DNA of 64,000 nt from Octopus bimaculoides (Eukaryota): positions 151,739,633 to 151,803,632 of the forward strand of contig NC_068982.1 of NCBI RefSeq assembly GCF_001194135.2, given 5' to 3'. The notes beneath the pieces were generated by a model. It saw nothing but the letters and a program-made list of their open reading frames with translations, was not told where the DNA came from and searched no databases. Positions within the stretch are counted from its first letter, which is position 1. Every line of letters starts with the position of its first letter. A program made the translations under genes and the position numbers. Below, one piece after another: positions 12,678 to 25,232 of the stretch.

Positions 12678-12957
12678 CTTAGCGATATTTCGCCCGTCGC
12701 TACGTTCTGAATTCAGATTCCACCGAGTTCGACTTTGTCTTTCATCCTTTCGGGATCGGTAAAATAAGTACCAGTGAAACACTTGAGTCGATGTAATCGA
12801 TAAGTCCCCTCCCCCAAAATGTTAGTTCTCGTGCCTATAGTAGAAAGGATTATGTATATATTCTGTTATATTCTTTTCTACTCTAGGCACAAGGCCCGAC
12901 ATTTTTGGTGAGGGGAGGGCATCTCGATTAGATCGACTGGCCAATACGCAACTGGTA
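12678..12957. mobile_element. Two family B SINE copies tail-to-tail (12678-12850 + and 12870-12957 -)
   Basis: The first ends GTGCCTATAGTAGAAAGGAT. The second begins ATTCTTTTCTACTCTAGGCAC, the reverse complement of the same tail. Confidence 0.85.
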
Positions 12958-13544
12958 TAACAAAAATGAAATACCGTTAAATTCTGCTGACAAACTTATC
13001 GGTTTTTTAAAAAAAAGCTTTACTTTTTTTAATCTTTAAAATTTAGTTTTGAAATAATACTCATTCTACTACTCCCTACAATCAACGTATTTCTGGCCCA
13101 ATAGCCTTCATCAGCATAAATATTTCCGACCTTATCTCCTGTAGCCAAACGACTTACACTAATATAAAAAGAAGGAGAACACATTTATAGTCCAGGTAAC
13201 TTGTTTAATATAAACAAAAATGAGCTATCAGAAATAACTCAGAGTGGCCGTGGCATATCAAATCTGGATTATTTTTGAATCTTCAGATTATCACGCCTTC
13301 TCAAGTATAGCTGAAGTGAATTACAGTTTGATTATGATTCATCAATGTGAGGCGGTGATAGTTTTAATTTAATTGTACAGTAATTTATTTGTATGGTAAT
13401 TGATTTTTTTCTATTTATCTATGTCGTTCAAAAGTATACCAATTTTTACTGAGTTATTTCTCTTTGCTCACTTTTGTTTCTATTTTGAACATATATATGG
13501 CCGCAGCATTAAGGCTAAAGCGTATAGAATTATAAAAGAATATA

Positions 13545-15720
13545 TATTATGAATGTCATCAGCAAATATTTTCCCTTTGCTGTATTTTACGACGCTGGAA
13601 AGGTCGTTTATGTAGATTATAAAGAGGGGCGGGCCCAAGACAGTCCCTTGAAATACTCAATTCAGTGTAGAAGTTCTTCCACGGATTCCAACATTTGCCA
13701 ATTTTGAGAGTAAAATCTGGTCAACTCTGACGAACGCTTTACTGAAGTCAAGATATATGACATCAGAATTCGAACCTGTTCCTATAGCTTTAAGTATATC
13801 ATCGATGTGTTGTAAGAGCTATATTAGTCCGTACCACAACGAAAGCCGTGCTAATTTGAATGTAGGAATTTGTGGATCGCCAGGAAGCCAGCTATCCATG
13901 ATCTTACCACTGTTTCAAACACCTTAATGATATAGGAGGTGGGTGAGATTGGGCGATAGTTGACTGCGAGGGATTTGTTTCCCTGTTTGAAAACCGGGAT
14001 GATAGACTGGGATATGAGATGTTTCGGTACATAACCTGAGTCTAAAGAATTTCTCCAGATGTTTGTCAGAGGGACTGCAACTTGATGTCTACATTCCTTC
14101 AGGAAACTAGCGGGGAATCTATCAGGGCCTACAGCAGAATGGTATTTGACCTCATTTATTGCAGCTATGATGTCTTAGGCAGTGAAGGTTATTTCCGAGA
14201 TTTCATGTTGGGAATCAACTTCGTTCGCTTCCCTAACGTCAATATCAGTGGGATCACTAAAGACAGAGCAGTATTGTTTCTGCAGTACTTCTGCCATTTC
14301 TTTGGTATCGTGTTGGGGAATGCCGGTATCATCAATTAATGGACCAGTGGGTGAGACAGTGGTCCTATACTTATTTGCACATGAATAGAACTCTTTCGGA
14401 TTCTATTTGATTTCTTTGATTACCCACTGTTCCTCCGCAGCTCTTTGATTTTCAATAGAGGTTTTCATATCGGTCTGCATATGAAGTTTTTCCAACTCCA
14501 GCCTTTTCATTGTTGTTGAATGTGGAGGTTGTATGTGGGAATATTTTAACTGGTTGATATTTTAATGTTTTTTGATGCACCTGATGAGTGTTCTTTTTTC
14601 TTTCTAGGGAGCTGGTTTCTGTTTGTGTTTGTGGATTTGGTAAGAACGTGTTTTGAGCATGTATAGGTGATAATGTCCTCAAAGTGCTGCCATGCAGTCT
14701 CAATATGAGTGGAACTGAGAGTGAAGGACCAATCGATGAAGGACAGATCCTTTCTGACTCCTCCCCAGTCCACTTTGTGGAAGTTTATGTTGTCTGATAA
14801 GTGCTATGGAGTGGGATTGACTGGTTTGGTTTTGATATGCCGGAAATTAAAGTTACAGAGTATCATGTCGTGGTCTGAAAGGAGAGTTTTTTCAACTGAA
14901 ATACTGTGAACAGAGCTAGAACGGTTGGTGAATATTAGATCCAAGATTGTTTAATTCTGTCTTGTTTGTTCGAACACTAGCTGAGTCAGGAAAAATTTAT
15001 CCATTAGATTAAAGTGTAATTCTGCTGCTGCTTTGTCTGGTGTAGAGCATTTGCCTAACTTCAGAGTATTTATGGGCCAGTTTATATAAGGGAGGTTAAA
15101 ATCACCCATCACAAGTATGTTTCTGGAGTTGTATTTTTGAAGGAAGAGTCTGATTTCGTTGAGGCATTCTTCAAAGCAATTTAGAGGTGCTTGGGGTGGT
15201 CTGTAAAGACCAACAAGGATTATGTCGTTGGTCTTGTGGAATAGTGATATGGATTCACAATAGCCATTGGAAAATATGTCCTTGGCATCAGCTGAAAAGG
15301 AGTGATGGAGAAAGATGGCTGTTCCCCCTTTATTTCGGTCTGTGCGATCTGCACGGATGATGGTGAAATCTTTTATTTTCACCTAAGCATGCATATGAGT
15401 GCTCTTTAAGTGAGTTTCAGTAAGGATAAAGAAAGGGATGCAATGTGCCGTTTCGGCAAGCCAACTCTCTATGTAAGGGATCTTCCATTTTTGGGGCAGT
15501 GAGTGATGGGTTGATGCCACGTACATTTAACAGGAATGTCGAGGCAACGGTAGTTTGATGTTTGCATTGTTCTAAGAGCTCAGTGTTATATTTTATGTTG
15601 TTCAGAAGTAGCAGTGAGGGTAGCTTTTGCATGGAGCTGTGTGTGTGTGATTTTCTAGTTGTATGTGTGTGTGATTTTGGTTTCTTCGGAAAGTTGAACT
15701 ATGACATTTCATGCCTCTTT
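13545..15720 (-). mobile_element. CR1-group LINE ORF2 remnant (APE endonuclease plus RT up to the FADD motif)
   Basis: FLLNVRGIN, ILTETHL, RADRTDRNKGGTAIF, LYRPP, MGDFNLPYINW, LDLIFTN, SDHDMI, KLSGVKFINF-type linker region, then QGTVLGPPLFIIYINDL (13655-13605) and KIFADD (13572-13555). Frameshifts and stops present. Confidence 0.88.
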
Positions 15721-15822
15721 TTTCTTCTCTATTTCCATCTCCTTATTCTTTCAGTCCCTTCCTCCATGTTATCATCTTATTGATATATACCATTCTCATT
15801 TTCCATATTTTATCCCCAATTT

Positions 15823-15878
15823 GTCTCTGATGACGGAATATCACATACTCGAGGATATCCCAGAAACAGCTATACGAT
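15823..15878 (+). ncRNA. Candidate degenerate type I hammerhead ribozyme (Penelope-like minimal form)
   Basis: CTGATGA (15827-33), stem II GGAATATC/GATATCC, GAAA (15863-66), CAGCTATA, and a partial stem I (GTCT/CGAT). Confidence 0.45.
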
Positions 15879-16010
15879 TTTGAAATTCTTCCTGTAATAA
15901 TATTGTATATGGCTTGAGATGTTTGCCTTGCCTTAATGTCTGACGTCCTGTTTAACAATTATATATATATATTCATATATATTATGTATATATATATATA
16001 TATATATATA

Positions 16011-16638
16011 NNNNNNNNNNNNNNNNNNNNNNNNNNNNNNNNNNNNNNNNNNNNNNNNNNNNNNNNNNNNNNNNNNNNNNNNNNNNNNNNNNNNNNNNNN
16101 NNNNNNNNNNNNNNNNNNNNNNNNNNNNNNNNNNNNNNNNNNNNNNNNNNNNNNNNNNNNNNNNNNNNNNNNNNNNNNNNNNNNNNNNNNNNNNNNNNNN
16201 NNNNNNNNNNNNNNNNNNNNNNNNNNNNNNNNNNNNNNNNNNNNNNNNNNNNNNNNNNNNNNNNNNNNNNNNNNNNNNNNNNNNNNNNNNNNNNNNNNNN
16301 NNNNNNNNNNNNNNNNNNNNNNNNNNNNNNNNNNNNNNNNNNNNNNNNNNNNNNNNNNNNNNNNNNNNNNNNNNNNNNNNNNNNNNNNNNNNNNNNNNNN
16401 NNNNNNNNNNNNNNNNNNNNNNNNNNNNNNNNNNNNNNNNNNNNNNNNNNNNNNNNNNNNNNNNNNNNNNNNNNNNNNNNNNNNNNNNNNNNNNNNNNNN
16501 NNNNNNNNNNNNNNNNNNNNNNNNNNNNNNNNNNNNNNNNNNNNNNNNNNNNNNNNNNNNNNNNNNNNNNNNNNNNNNNNNNNNNNNNNNNNNNNNNNNN
16601 NNNNNNNNNNNNNNNNNNNNNNNNNNNNNNNNNNNNNN
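16011..16638. other. Assembly gap; other gaps start at 7463, 19309, 20138, 23432, 28101, 33181, 37562, 41872, 44670, 45871, 48937 and 61980
   Basis: Runs of N, mostly flanked by dinucleotide arrays. Confidence 0.99.
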
Positions 16639-17390
16639 TATAGATATATATATATATACATATGTATATATATATACATATATATATGCACGCATATATA
16701 CACATGTAAATATATTATGCATTTGCATATATATATATATATACATGTATATATATGCATGCATATATATATAGATAGATAGATATGTTTGTATACATGT
16801 ATGTGTGCGTGTATGTATATACAAAACTATATGTGTGCGGTTGCATGCAAACGCATTTATTTCTATTACAATGATGATAATTCAAGTAAGATGGCATAAG
16901 TATATTCCCCAGTTCGACAAGTTCCTTGAAGGCGGCGTTGCGTGCTGGATAAAAATGTGTACTGTATATCAAATTACACACGGCCATCTTAAATAAAAGA
17001 CATATTGAATGAGGCTTCTGTGATATAAATAGATGGTTTCGTGCAAGTGAAACGCATTCCATCCTAAGTTAGTTCGATAACAGCTGATCTGGGACTAAAC
17101 GTCATCCACCAAGCTTGTTTTGAGACAATGATAAAAGTCATCTAACAACTAAATTTCCCTCAATCCTAACTTCTTAAATTAGAAATAGAGACATAGACAC
17201 ATGAAGTCCTATAAATACAAAATCACAGAATATAGACAAACACCAACACACACACACATATACACGTGTGTGAGTGTGTTTAACTTGTGTGTGTGTGTGT
17301 GCGTGTGTGCCTTGTGTGCGTGCGTTTGAGTTGTGTATTGCAGAATTCAGGCGAAACTACCCGCCGGGTAGGGTTCTTCTGGTGTGTCTA

Positions 17391-17506
<116 letters not shown>

Positions 17507-19277
17507 TGTTTGTGAATGTGTGTGTACGTGTGTGTGTGTTTTGTTGGTTCGTGTGTATGTATGCCTGTGATAGACAAGTAGAATGTTTTAGAAAGTTTTA
17601 GTTCGTTTCACTTGGTTTCTGGTTTTTCTTTACTGAAGTTTCTCTAATTTCGTTGCTTATTCATTAACATGATATTTTTTGCCCTGCTAGACGTAACATT
17701 ATTTCATATTTTACTGGCTTGTGATTTGAATGCTGAGATCAATAATTTGTTTAATTTTCATTCGCCCAAATATACTGTCTAATTTATGACACGCTCATTG
17801 TTACTTCACAATTTTCTATTTTTATTGTTCAACTTTTATTTTAACTCGTAAATATTTTCGTTACACTTGTGTAACTGCATCATGACTTTTCCTTGTTTAA
17901 CTGTTTTATAAGAGTTCTTGTTTATTATTTCTTGCTCAGCGTTGCCGAACATTTTATCCATGACAGTGTGCATTTGAGTGATCCGATTTCGATTGTTACC
18001 TACGCATTTTAGTGTATTTGCGACTTTGCACGTACTTGTGAGACTTTCTGTGCGTGCACGTCTTTATGTGTGCCCGCGCACGTGCCTATGTACCTGAGAT
18101 AATTACAACATTAAGTTGCAAACATGTGAGGTAGTTGTGAGTATGTTGTCTCTTCCTATTTAGAGTGTGATGGAAAGCATATTCATATGATCATATGACA
18201 TTCACAGAGCCATATATAATAAACAGAAATCCATATATATATATATCAATATAGTATTTCTTTGTATGTTAATATATACCTTTAATCATTATAACTGCTG
18301 TTGAAGTTTTGTTTCACTCCTATATGTTATTATTTTACGATTTCACTGACTCCAGCTATTGTTGTATGAAGTATATTGTAAGCTTTATATATATGAAGAG
18401 TTTCCTGATTTGTTCCAGAGGATGTTAGAAACTTATATAAATAATAAGCACTTTGTTCAAATGCGAATTCCTAATGCTGGAAGTGTTATATCAGGAATAT
18501 GTATGTTTAAGTATGAGAAGAACCACTGAATGCATGACAATCCCTTCCTTTCAAGTGTCATAAATCGTTTATTTAAACATTTTCAACAAATAAAGATGAT
18601 TTCTGAAAGCCTCTCGACTGGACGACTTCTACTTGAAGACGATACGAATGTTGTTTTGAAAGAATCTTTACAAAGGTTGCAAAGTAAACATCCATTGGGA
18701 CACATAAACACTTCATCAATGTCTCTTGACATTCTTCACTGAAGTACTGAAAATAAGTTCACAGTGTTATTCAAATACTAAACCTTATATTCATAATCAT
18801 CATCAGGCATTATGTAGAAACTCCCTCATTTGCAAGGATTGCAATTAATTAGGTATGTCAAATGCTTTACATGTTAAAGCTTTGATGGTGAGAATAGGAT
18901 TCGCAAATACTTTAGGCATAATATTTCACCGAGTGATTATACTTGTTCAGTAGCTCTGATAGCCTATCATACTAACATAAGCAGTTAATTAGGGTGTAGG
19001 TATATGACATGTATATCGATAATAAGTAAACTGATTGTTCTTCAGAGAGAAAAGGAACTCAACGAGAACTTGAAGTCAGTATCGTTTATATCGCTTTTAT
19101 AATATTGAAAGTTTTTGTGAATATATATAATAGTTGAGTTGAATCTACATGACTACTTCAGCAATAGTTTATCACCATCTAAAAGATGAAAAGCAAAGTT
19201 GATTCGGTATGAGTTGAACTCAGAATGAAATAAGCCATAACTTTATACGACATAGTATCTATCTATCTATCTATCTA

Positions 19278-19308
<31 letters not shown>

Positions 19309-19777
19309 NNNNNNNNNNNNNNNNNNNNNNNNNNNNNNNNNNNNNNNNNNNNNNNNNNNNNNNNNNNNNNNNNNNNNNNNNNNNNNNNNNNNNNNNNNNN
19401 NNNNNNNNNNNNNNNNNNNNNNNNNNNNNNNNNNNNNNNNNNNNNNNNNNNNNNNNNNNNNNNNNNNNNNNNNNNNNNNNNNNNNNNNNNNNNNNNNNNN
19501 NNNNNNNNNNNNNNNNNNNNNNNNNNNNNNNNNNNNNNNNNNNNNNNNNNNNNNNNNNNNNNNNNNNNNNNNNNNNNNNNAAAATAATAATTTTGAGTCA
19601 ATATGACTAGCATATTAAAATATAAAACGCGATTATGTGAAACCCGCAAATTTCTGAATTTAGGTAACTAAAACTGTGATTTACTAGATGCTATGCACCT
19701 GTTTGTTTGGGTGTGTCCTCACCTATGTATGTATGTATGTATGCATGTATGTATGTATGTATGTAGTTTCCTGCCAC

Positions 19778-20065
19778 CTCGGTGATTTCATTTCTGGCAA
19801 CAAGATTTCGCCTTGTAGCAAGTCAATTTGGTATATCAGTTTGACCTTCGATAGTCCTTTTGAACATACATATCAATTGAATTCTATAAAATGTCAGATT
19901 CTTGTACCAATATCCAACTATTAGGTCTCTTCCAGGTGCATTTCCATTTTGCAGTTTGACTACTGCTATAGCGAAGGTTTCTGCATCAATATTGCATGTT
20001 TTACTGTTAATGTTGGTGCAATGTCCTCTTTCAATTGTTTATAACCATGGTGTATTCAGGTTGAA
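19778..20065 (-). mobile_element. R4/Dong-type LINE RT N-terminal fragment
   Basis: Minus frame reads AVVKLQNGNAPGRDLIVGYWYKNLTFYRIQL...IPN*LATRRNLVARNE, matching the KAPGxDxIxGYWYK...PxWL pattern of R4-clade RTs. Confidence 0.7.
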
Positions 20066-20406
20066 ATCCCTCTATGTATGTATGTATGTATGTATGTATG
20101 TATGTATGTATGTATGTATTTATATATATATATATATNNNNNNNNNNNNNNNNNNNNNNNNNNNNNNNNNNNNNNNNNNNNNNNNNNNNNNNNNNNNNNN
20201 NNNNNNNNNNNNNNNNNNNNNNNNNNNNNNNNNNNNNNNNNNNNNNNNNNNNNNNNNNNNNNNNNNNNNNNNNNNNNNNNNNNNNNNNNNNNNNNNNNNN
20301 NNNNNNNNNNNNNNNNNNNNNNNNNNNNNNNNNNNNNNNNNNNNNNNNNNNNNNNATTTAATCTCCATACCTTCGTTTTATTTGCTTTTTCATTTTAAAT
20401 TTGCTT

Positions 20407-20474
20407 TAACCCTAACCCTAACCCTAACCCAAACCCTAGGGTTAGGGTTAGGGTTAGGGTTAGGGTTAGGGTTA
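20407..20474. repeat. Palindromic interstitial telomeric repeat (TAACCC)5-TA-(GGGTTA)6
   Basis: Read directly; centre CCCTAGGG at 20434-20441; one left unit is AAACCC. Confidence 0.95.
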
Positions 20475-22079
20475 ATTGTTTCAGAATCGTTTGTTTATGT
20501 AGTCGGCACTTAATGTATATCGGCTGAATGGACGTCAGTGATTGGTTGAAATTACAGAAATACGACAACTTTAACATGGAATAACTTATGGATTTTTTTT
20601 TTTTAAGAAGACTAAGAGAAAAAGATGTTTTATATGACACATTCTACCAGTGTTCCAAGTTTCAAAGTGTTTCGTTAATGAAAAATGTGGCCCCCGTTTT
20701 AAAAAAGATCCGAAATGAGCTGATTGCATATATTTTGATAACTTAAATAGTGGTCTACTAAATGCCCTATGCTCCTCTCTCCGTATATGTATATGCAGAC
20801 ACAAAAGCACAACCGCGAACGCGCGCATGCTGCGGAGGGCTTTACTCACTCTCATTTTCCATTTCAGAGAAATTTGCTATGCTCACACTAATTCAATTTA
20901 ATTACATTGCGCTAGTGTATATTTAGTAAAAAAAAGACAGTCGTATGTTAAGAAACTAGAAATGCCTGAATGTACTTTTCTAAAGCTAGTTTTCTGAATG
21001 TACTTACTCTTTCTAAAATTGTTAGTTACTTCTCTCCAAAAGTAACAACTAAAAGACAAAACGACAGGAGCTTGTAATACTATAAGAATTATTAAATGAT
21101 TGAATTATTGTTAGACTTAATACATTTTGTTGCAGCTGTGATTTTGTAATTTAGTATCAAGTCAGACTCGATCCCGTACACATATGATCAAAAATGTTCC
21201 AGCTGTAAGCATTCCAGTTATAACACATATGATCGAAAATGTTCTTGTTTACGAGCATATTATAATGCAATACCTAAGTTTATATTTTCAATTTGTCATT
21301 CCATTTTTAAAACGTAGAATATGGCTCAAGGGTGATATGAATGATATTTCTAACAGGTCTTGTTGTTGGATTTGGCTTCCAAAAGCAGTAATATCCAGGA
21401 ATTTTTTTCTATGACTCAACATGGTAGTATTGTGCTAGTATTAAAAACCATTGTGTCGAACAAAATACGATGTAGTATAAAGTTATGGCTTATTTCGTTC
21501 TGAGTTCAACTCACCCCGAGTCAACTTTGCTTTTCATCTTTTAGATGGTGATAAATTATTGCTGATGTTGCCATATAGATTAAACTCGACTATTTCCGTT
21601 CCAATAATGTGATGTACCGATTAGAAATAAATGTTTAGAAACATTTATTCATATATAAACGCGTATGAATATGTAGTTTTGCATAGCTATATTATAGGTC
21701 CAAATCCCCAACACCAATATCTCTTTTTATATTCTGATTGCGTAAACTAAGTATACAATCGATTACATTCATTTCTGCCTTAAAATTTCAGATTGAGTGT
21801 AGCAAAGCTAAATGTATTTACTAATGTATTAAGCAAAAGAAAAAGATAAATCTTTTTATACGTGGAATTTGGAACAAAATAATTTGCGCAAATGAATTGT
21901 TTTTTGTAAATTGAAATATGAATTAAAACATTACAATATACTGAAATCATTGATAGTTATCGAAAAATAATTTGCAAATAATTGTGGTTTGTTATGCTAT
22001 CTTATATTATGCATGAACTACGTGCCAGAATCGTCTTCAACCCTTTTGTAACGGTAAACTAATAGTACCAGTCTCCGTT

Positions 22080-22450
22080 ATTGCTGTTTAGCCTCAGCTT
22101 AGCACTGATAAGTAGGCATTTGAACAAAGTCCCGATCACCACGTCTTAAGACAGTAGATTTGTATTCAAAGGAGTTTTGATTGCCATTTTTAGGAAGTTG
22201 GGAGCTTCTCTTAAGGAAATGAACGAAATCTTGTTATTGTTGTTATTTTCTTTGATGCTATTTAGCTGTAGTTTTTTTTCCGGAAAAGGTAGATCAATAA
22301 TCAAAGGTTTTTGAAGCCTTACTATCGATAGTTTATCTGGAACTACTTTATCCAACGCGTCTTTACTTTTTAATGACTATAGGATGTAATTTGGGGCGAG
22401 TGTTGCTGCTATTCTTAGTAGGTTGAGCGATCACGTGGTAGCCCTCGAAA
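22080..22450 (-). mobile_element. Degenerate dispersed repeat (SINE-like, family E)
   Basis: Shares CTGAGGCTAAAC with 17090 (CTGGGACTAAAC) and TCAACCTACTAAGAATAGCAGC with 46541 (TTAACCTGCAAGAAACAACAGCC). Confidence 0.45.
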
Positions 22451-23645
22451 CACATCTCTTCTAAAAAAATTGCCGTGCAATTATAGCTGTATGAGAATCA
22501 CATTAAATGATAAGGATTTGTCAGAGTCCTAAATATATAAAATATAATTAGGCGTCCATCTAACTGAATCAATATAACTAACGAGCCGATATTAATTATC
22601 TCTAATCACGAACCCTCCTGTCATAAAAAGGTAAAATCACGAACCCTACAGTCATAAATTAGGTAAAATATTCTGGAAATAAGACAAGAGGAACGTCTGC
22701 AACATAGATCTGCTAGTTCAGGGTTGCACTCAGGAAAAACAATAACAACTCTCATTAATGAAACCCAAACATATTCTGACTAATTTTCAGCAAAAGTTAC
22801 TTTTGAAAAACTAGAATTCAGTTTAACAGATTTTGCACAATATGCAAATGTTAACCCATCCAACCCATCTCGCAATCTCATATCATGATCAATCTTTCAT
22901 TCAGCTTCCAATAAATTCTGCTATTCTTTCCTTCTATTTCTCTATTTTTTTCCTTTCTTTTTGTCTGCTATAAATAAAGATTTATTGTCTTTTATTTTCC
23001 CTCTCACAGAACTGATATAATTCAAGAGACACTTGTTCTGATACATTAGAAGTGTCTCACCTCTCACAGTCTCTTCTTTTTATATCCGCCTTCTTTCTCT
23101 TCTTACCTCTCTTCATTCTCTCTCTCTCTCTCAACCTCTACGCCTTTTCTTGCTCTACAATTCTTAACAGTTTTCTTACTTCTTTTACGTGCACATTCTT
23201 TAGTCTTTCTTCACCCTCTTCCTTTCCCTTTCATTCTCTTTCTGTCTGTTCTTTCACTACTCTTACAAACTACCTTTAGCGTGCATACAACGCATTTTCT
23301 CTAATATTTTAAATTCATTTTCTACTTTCTTCTCTGTCTAGTTAACCTCATCTCCCCTTTTCTCCTCTCTCATATTGTGCGTCCATGCTACAAAAGCTAT
23401 TCTTTCCTCTATGATTCAACTGCCATTATATNNNNNNNNNNNNNNNNNNNNNNNNNNNNNNNNNNNNNNNNNNNNNNNNNNNNNNNNNNNNNNNNNNNNN
23501 NNNNNNNNNNNNNNNNNNNNNNNNNNNNNNNNNNNNNNNNNNNNNNNNNNNNNNNNNNNNNNNNNNNNNNNNNNNNTATATATATAGCTATATATCTATG
23601 TACGTATGTATGCATGTATGTATATGTGTGTGTGTATGCATATAT

Positions 23646-24365
23646 AACCGATCCCACGAGCTCCTTCAATGTGGTGATGGGAGCCTACGGCAGTGTCGAC
23701 ATATGCGACCTTATTGGGCTACATATGTGGGACATTTTAGGGAAGAAGCACCCTTCAGCGCTCCTTGGTCACTACAGAGATGACGGTCTGACCATTTCTA
23801 GAGGAGCCAATGGGCACACTCTTTATAGACTTAGGAAGGACCTGATAGACATAGGAAGGACCTTAAGAAGCTCCACGTGACTCAAAATAACAATCGATAC
23901 CAACCTCACTCTCGTAAACTTCACGCTAGTCTTGGGCTCCGGTTCATACAGGTCCTACCGCAAACCAAATGAAAGGCTGTTCTACATCAACACAACCTCT
24001 TGCCATCCACCTACTAGGTTCAGGAACCTAGTGATGAGTTTCAGCAAGAGGATCTCGAATCTGTCTTCGAATCAAGAAATTTTCGATCTTGTGGCCCCCT
24101 ATTACAACGAAACCCTGGCATCCAGTGGTTTTAAGGACCCCCATCTCCAATATGCCCACCCTAGCGCCAGCAAAAGGAAACACCACTGAAAGGTCGTTTG
24201 TTTTGCCTCACCCTTCTCTCACAACGTTAAAACACGAGTGGGAAGGATATTACTTAGGTTAGTAAACAAGCACTTCACGCAGACACGGGTACGGACGTTT
24301 GTTCAATAGGTACAACCTAAGGACATCCTTTAGTTGCGCGACCAACATTAAAATAATATTAGTGA
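23646..24365 (+). mobile_element. Penelope-like element RT/thumb fragment
   Basis: MGAYGSVDICDLIGL...GHYRDDGL...ITIDTNLTLVNF...YRKPNERLFYINTTSCHPP...SKRISNLSSNQEIF...PFSHNVKTRVG, matching the GLYRDDG and KPN-x-YIN-x-S-x-HPP motifs of Penelope-like RTs. Confidence 0.88.
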
Positions 24366-25201
24366 ACACTACTGAAACGTGAGCAGTATGTTTGTTTTAA
24401 AAGGAATATCTTACACCTCAAATCATTCTAATCACTGTGTACTGTATCACCATTAAGATTAATTAGTATGCATTGCCAGCACATGCTCTGTTATAGAAAA
24501 TGAAGAGACCAGTTTAGTCCTAATTCTATACGCTATATATAGATGTCACCACATATAACTGTCAGCGTAGATATCATTAGTTCATTAGTTTCCTTGATGA
24601 ATGTCTAAGAAGACTAGAAATTAAGTATATCGACCGAGTTTTTCCTCCCCACAGGCCTACAAACTATTTTTTCACAACCTTCTTTACTCTTCACAATGAA
24701 AATACATTTGTATATTCATTTAAATCAGGTATGTAAATCTCAAATTAACCAAAAATGTTCTGTTAATGAATTCTGCATTAATTAGTCGACTTTGTCAGTG
24801 TATACGTTGTGATAGTTATTTAACTGATTAACCTAGTTGTCTTGAGTTTGCACTATAAATAGTTGTAGGCTAAACTCACTCCGTGCACAGGTTATAATAT
24901 TCTTTCGCTGATGATGTTACAGGTAGACTAGAGATTAATTAGATCATTACGATATTTGCTATCCTCGGAGAGATAAGACTCATAAGCTTCGTGTCTATTT
25001 TGTATAGTGAGATTTAAATTCTTATTAAATAGTATACCATCAATACATATACATATGTATATGCATATATACACCTACCTAGCTACATCCATCCATCCAT
25101 CCATACATACATACATACATACACACTCATAATATCTACATTCACGCACATACACACACGCACATGTATGTATTTATATGGATATGTGTGTATTTATATG
25201 G

Positions 25202-25232
<31 letters not shown>

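Noticed and set aside
13552-13566. CTGATGA on the minus strand
   Set aside because: It is the coding sequence of the RT FADD motif, not a hammerhead core.
17357-17371. CTACCC-GCC-GGGTAG hairpin preceded by GGCGAAA
   Set aside because: Too short, and other ribozyme elements are absent.
18530-18762. Open frames on both strands with a good minus-strand acceptor (TTATTTTCAG)
   Set aside because: No recognisable domain or convincing donor; cannot be supported as an exon without RNA data.
21178-21244. 22-bp direct repeat with a 23-nt spacer (also a 31-bp tandem pair at 22604-22669)
   Set aside because: Only two units each, eukaryotic context and no cas genes; these are local duplications, not CRISPR.
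24850-24990. TATAAATAG followed by CTGATGA, ~550 bp downstream of the Penelope fragment
   Set aside because: The layout resembles a pseudo-LTR, but no stem II or GAAA box follows.
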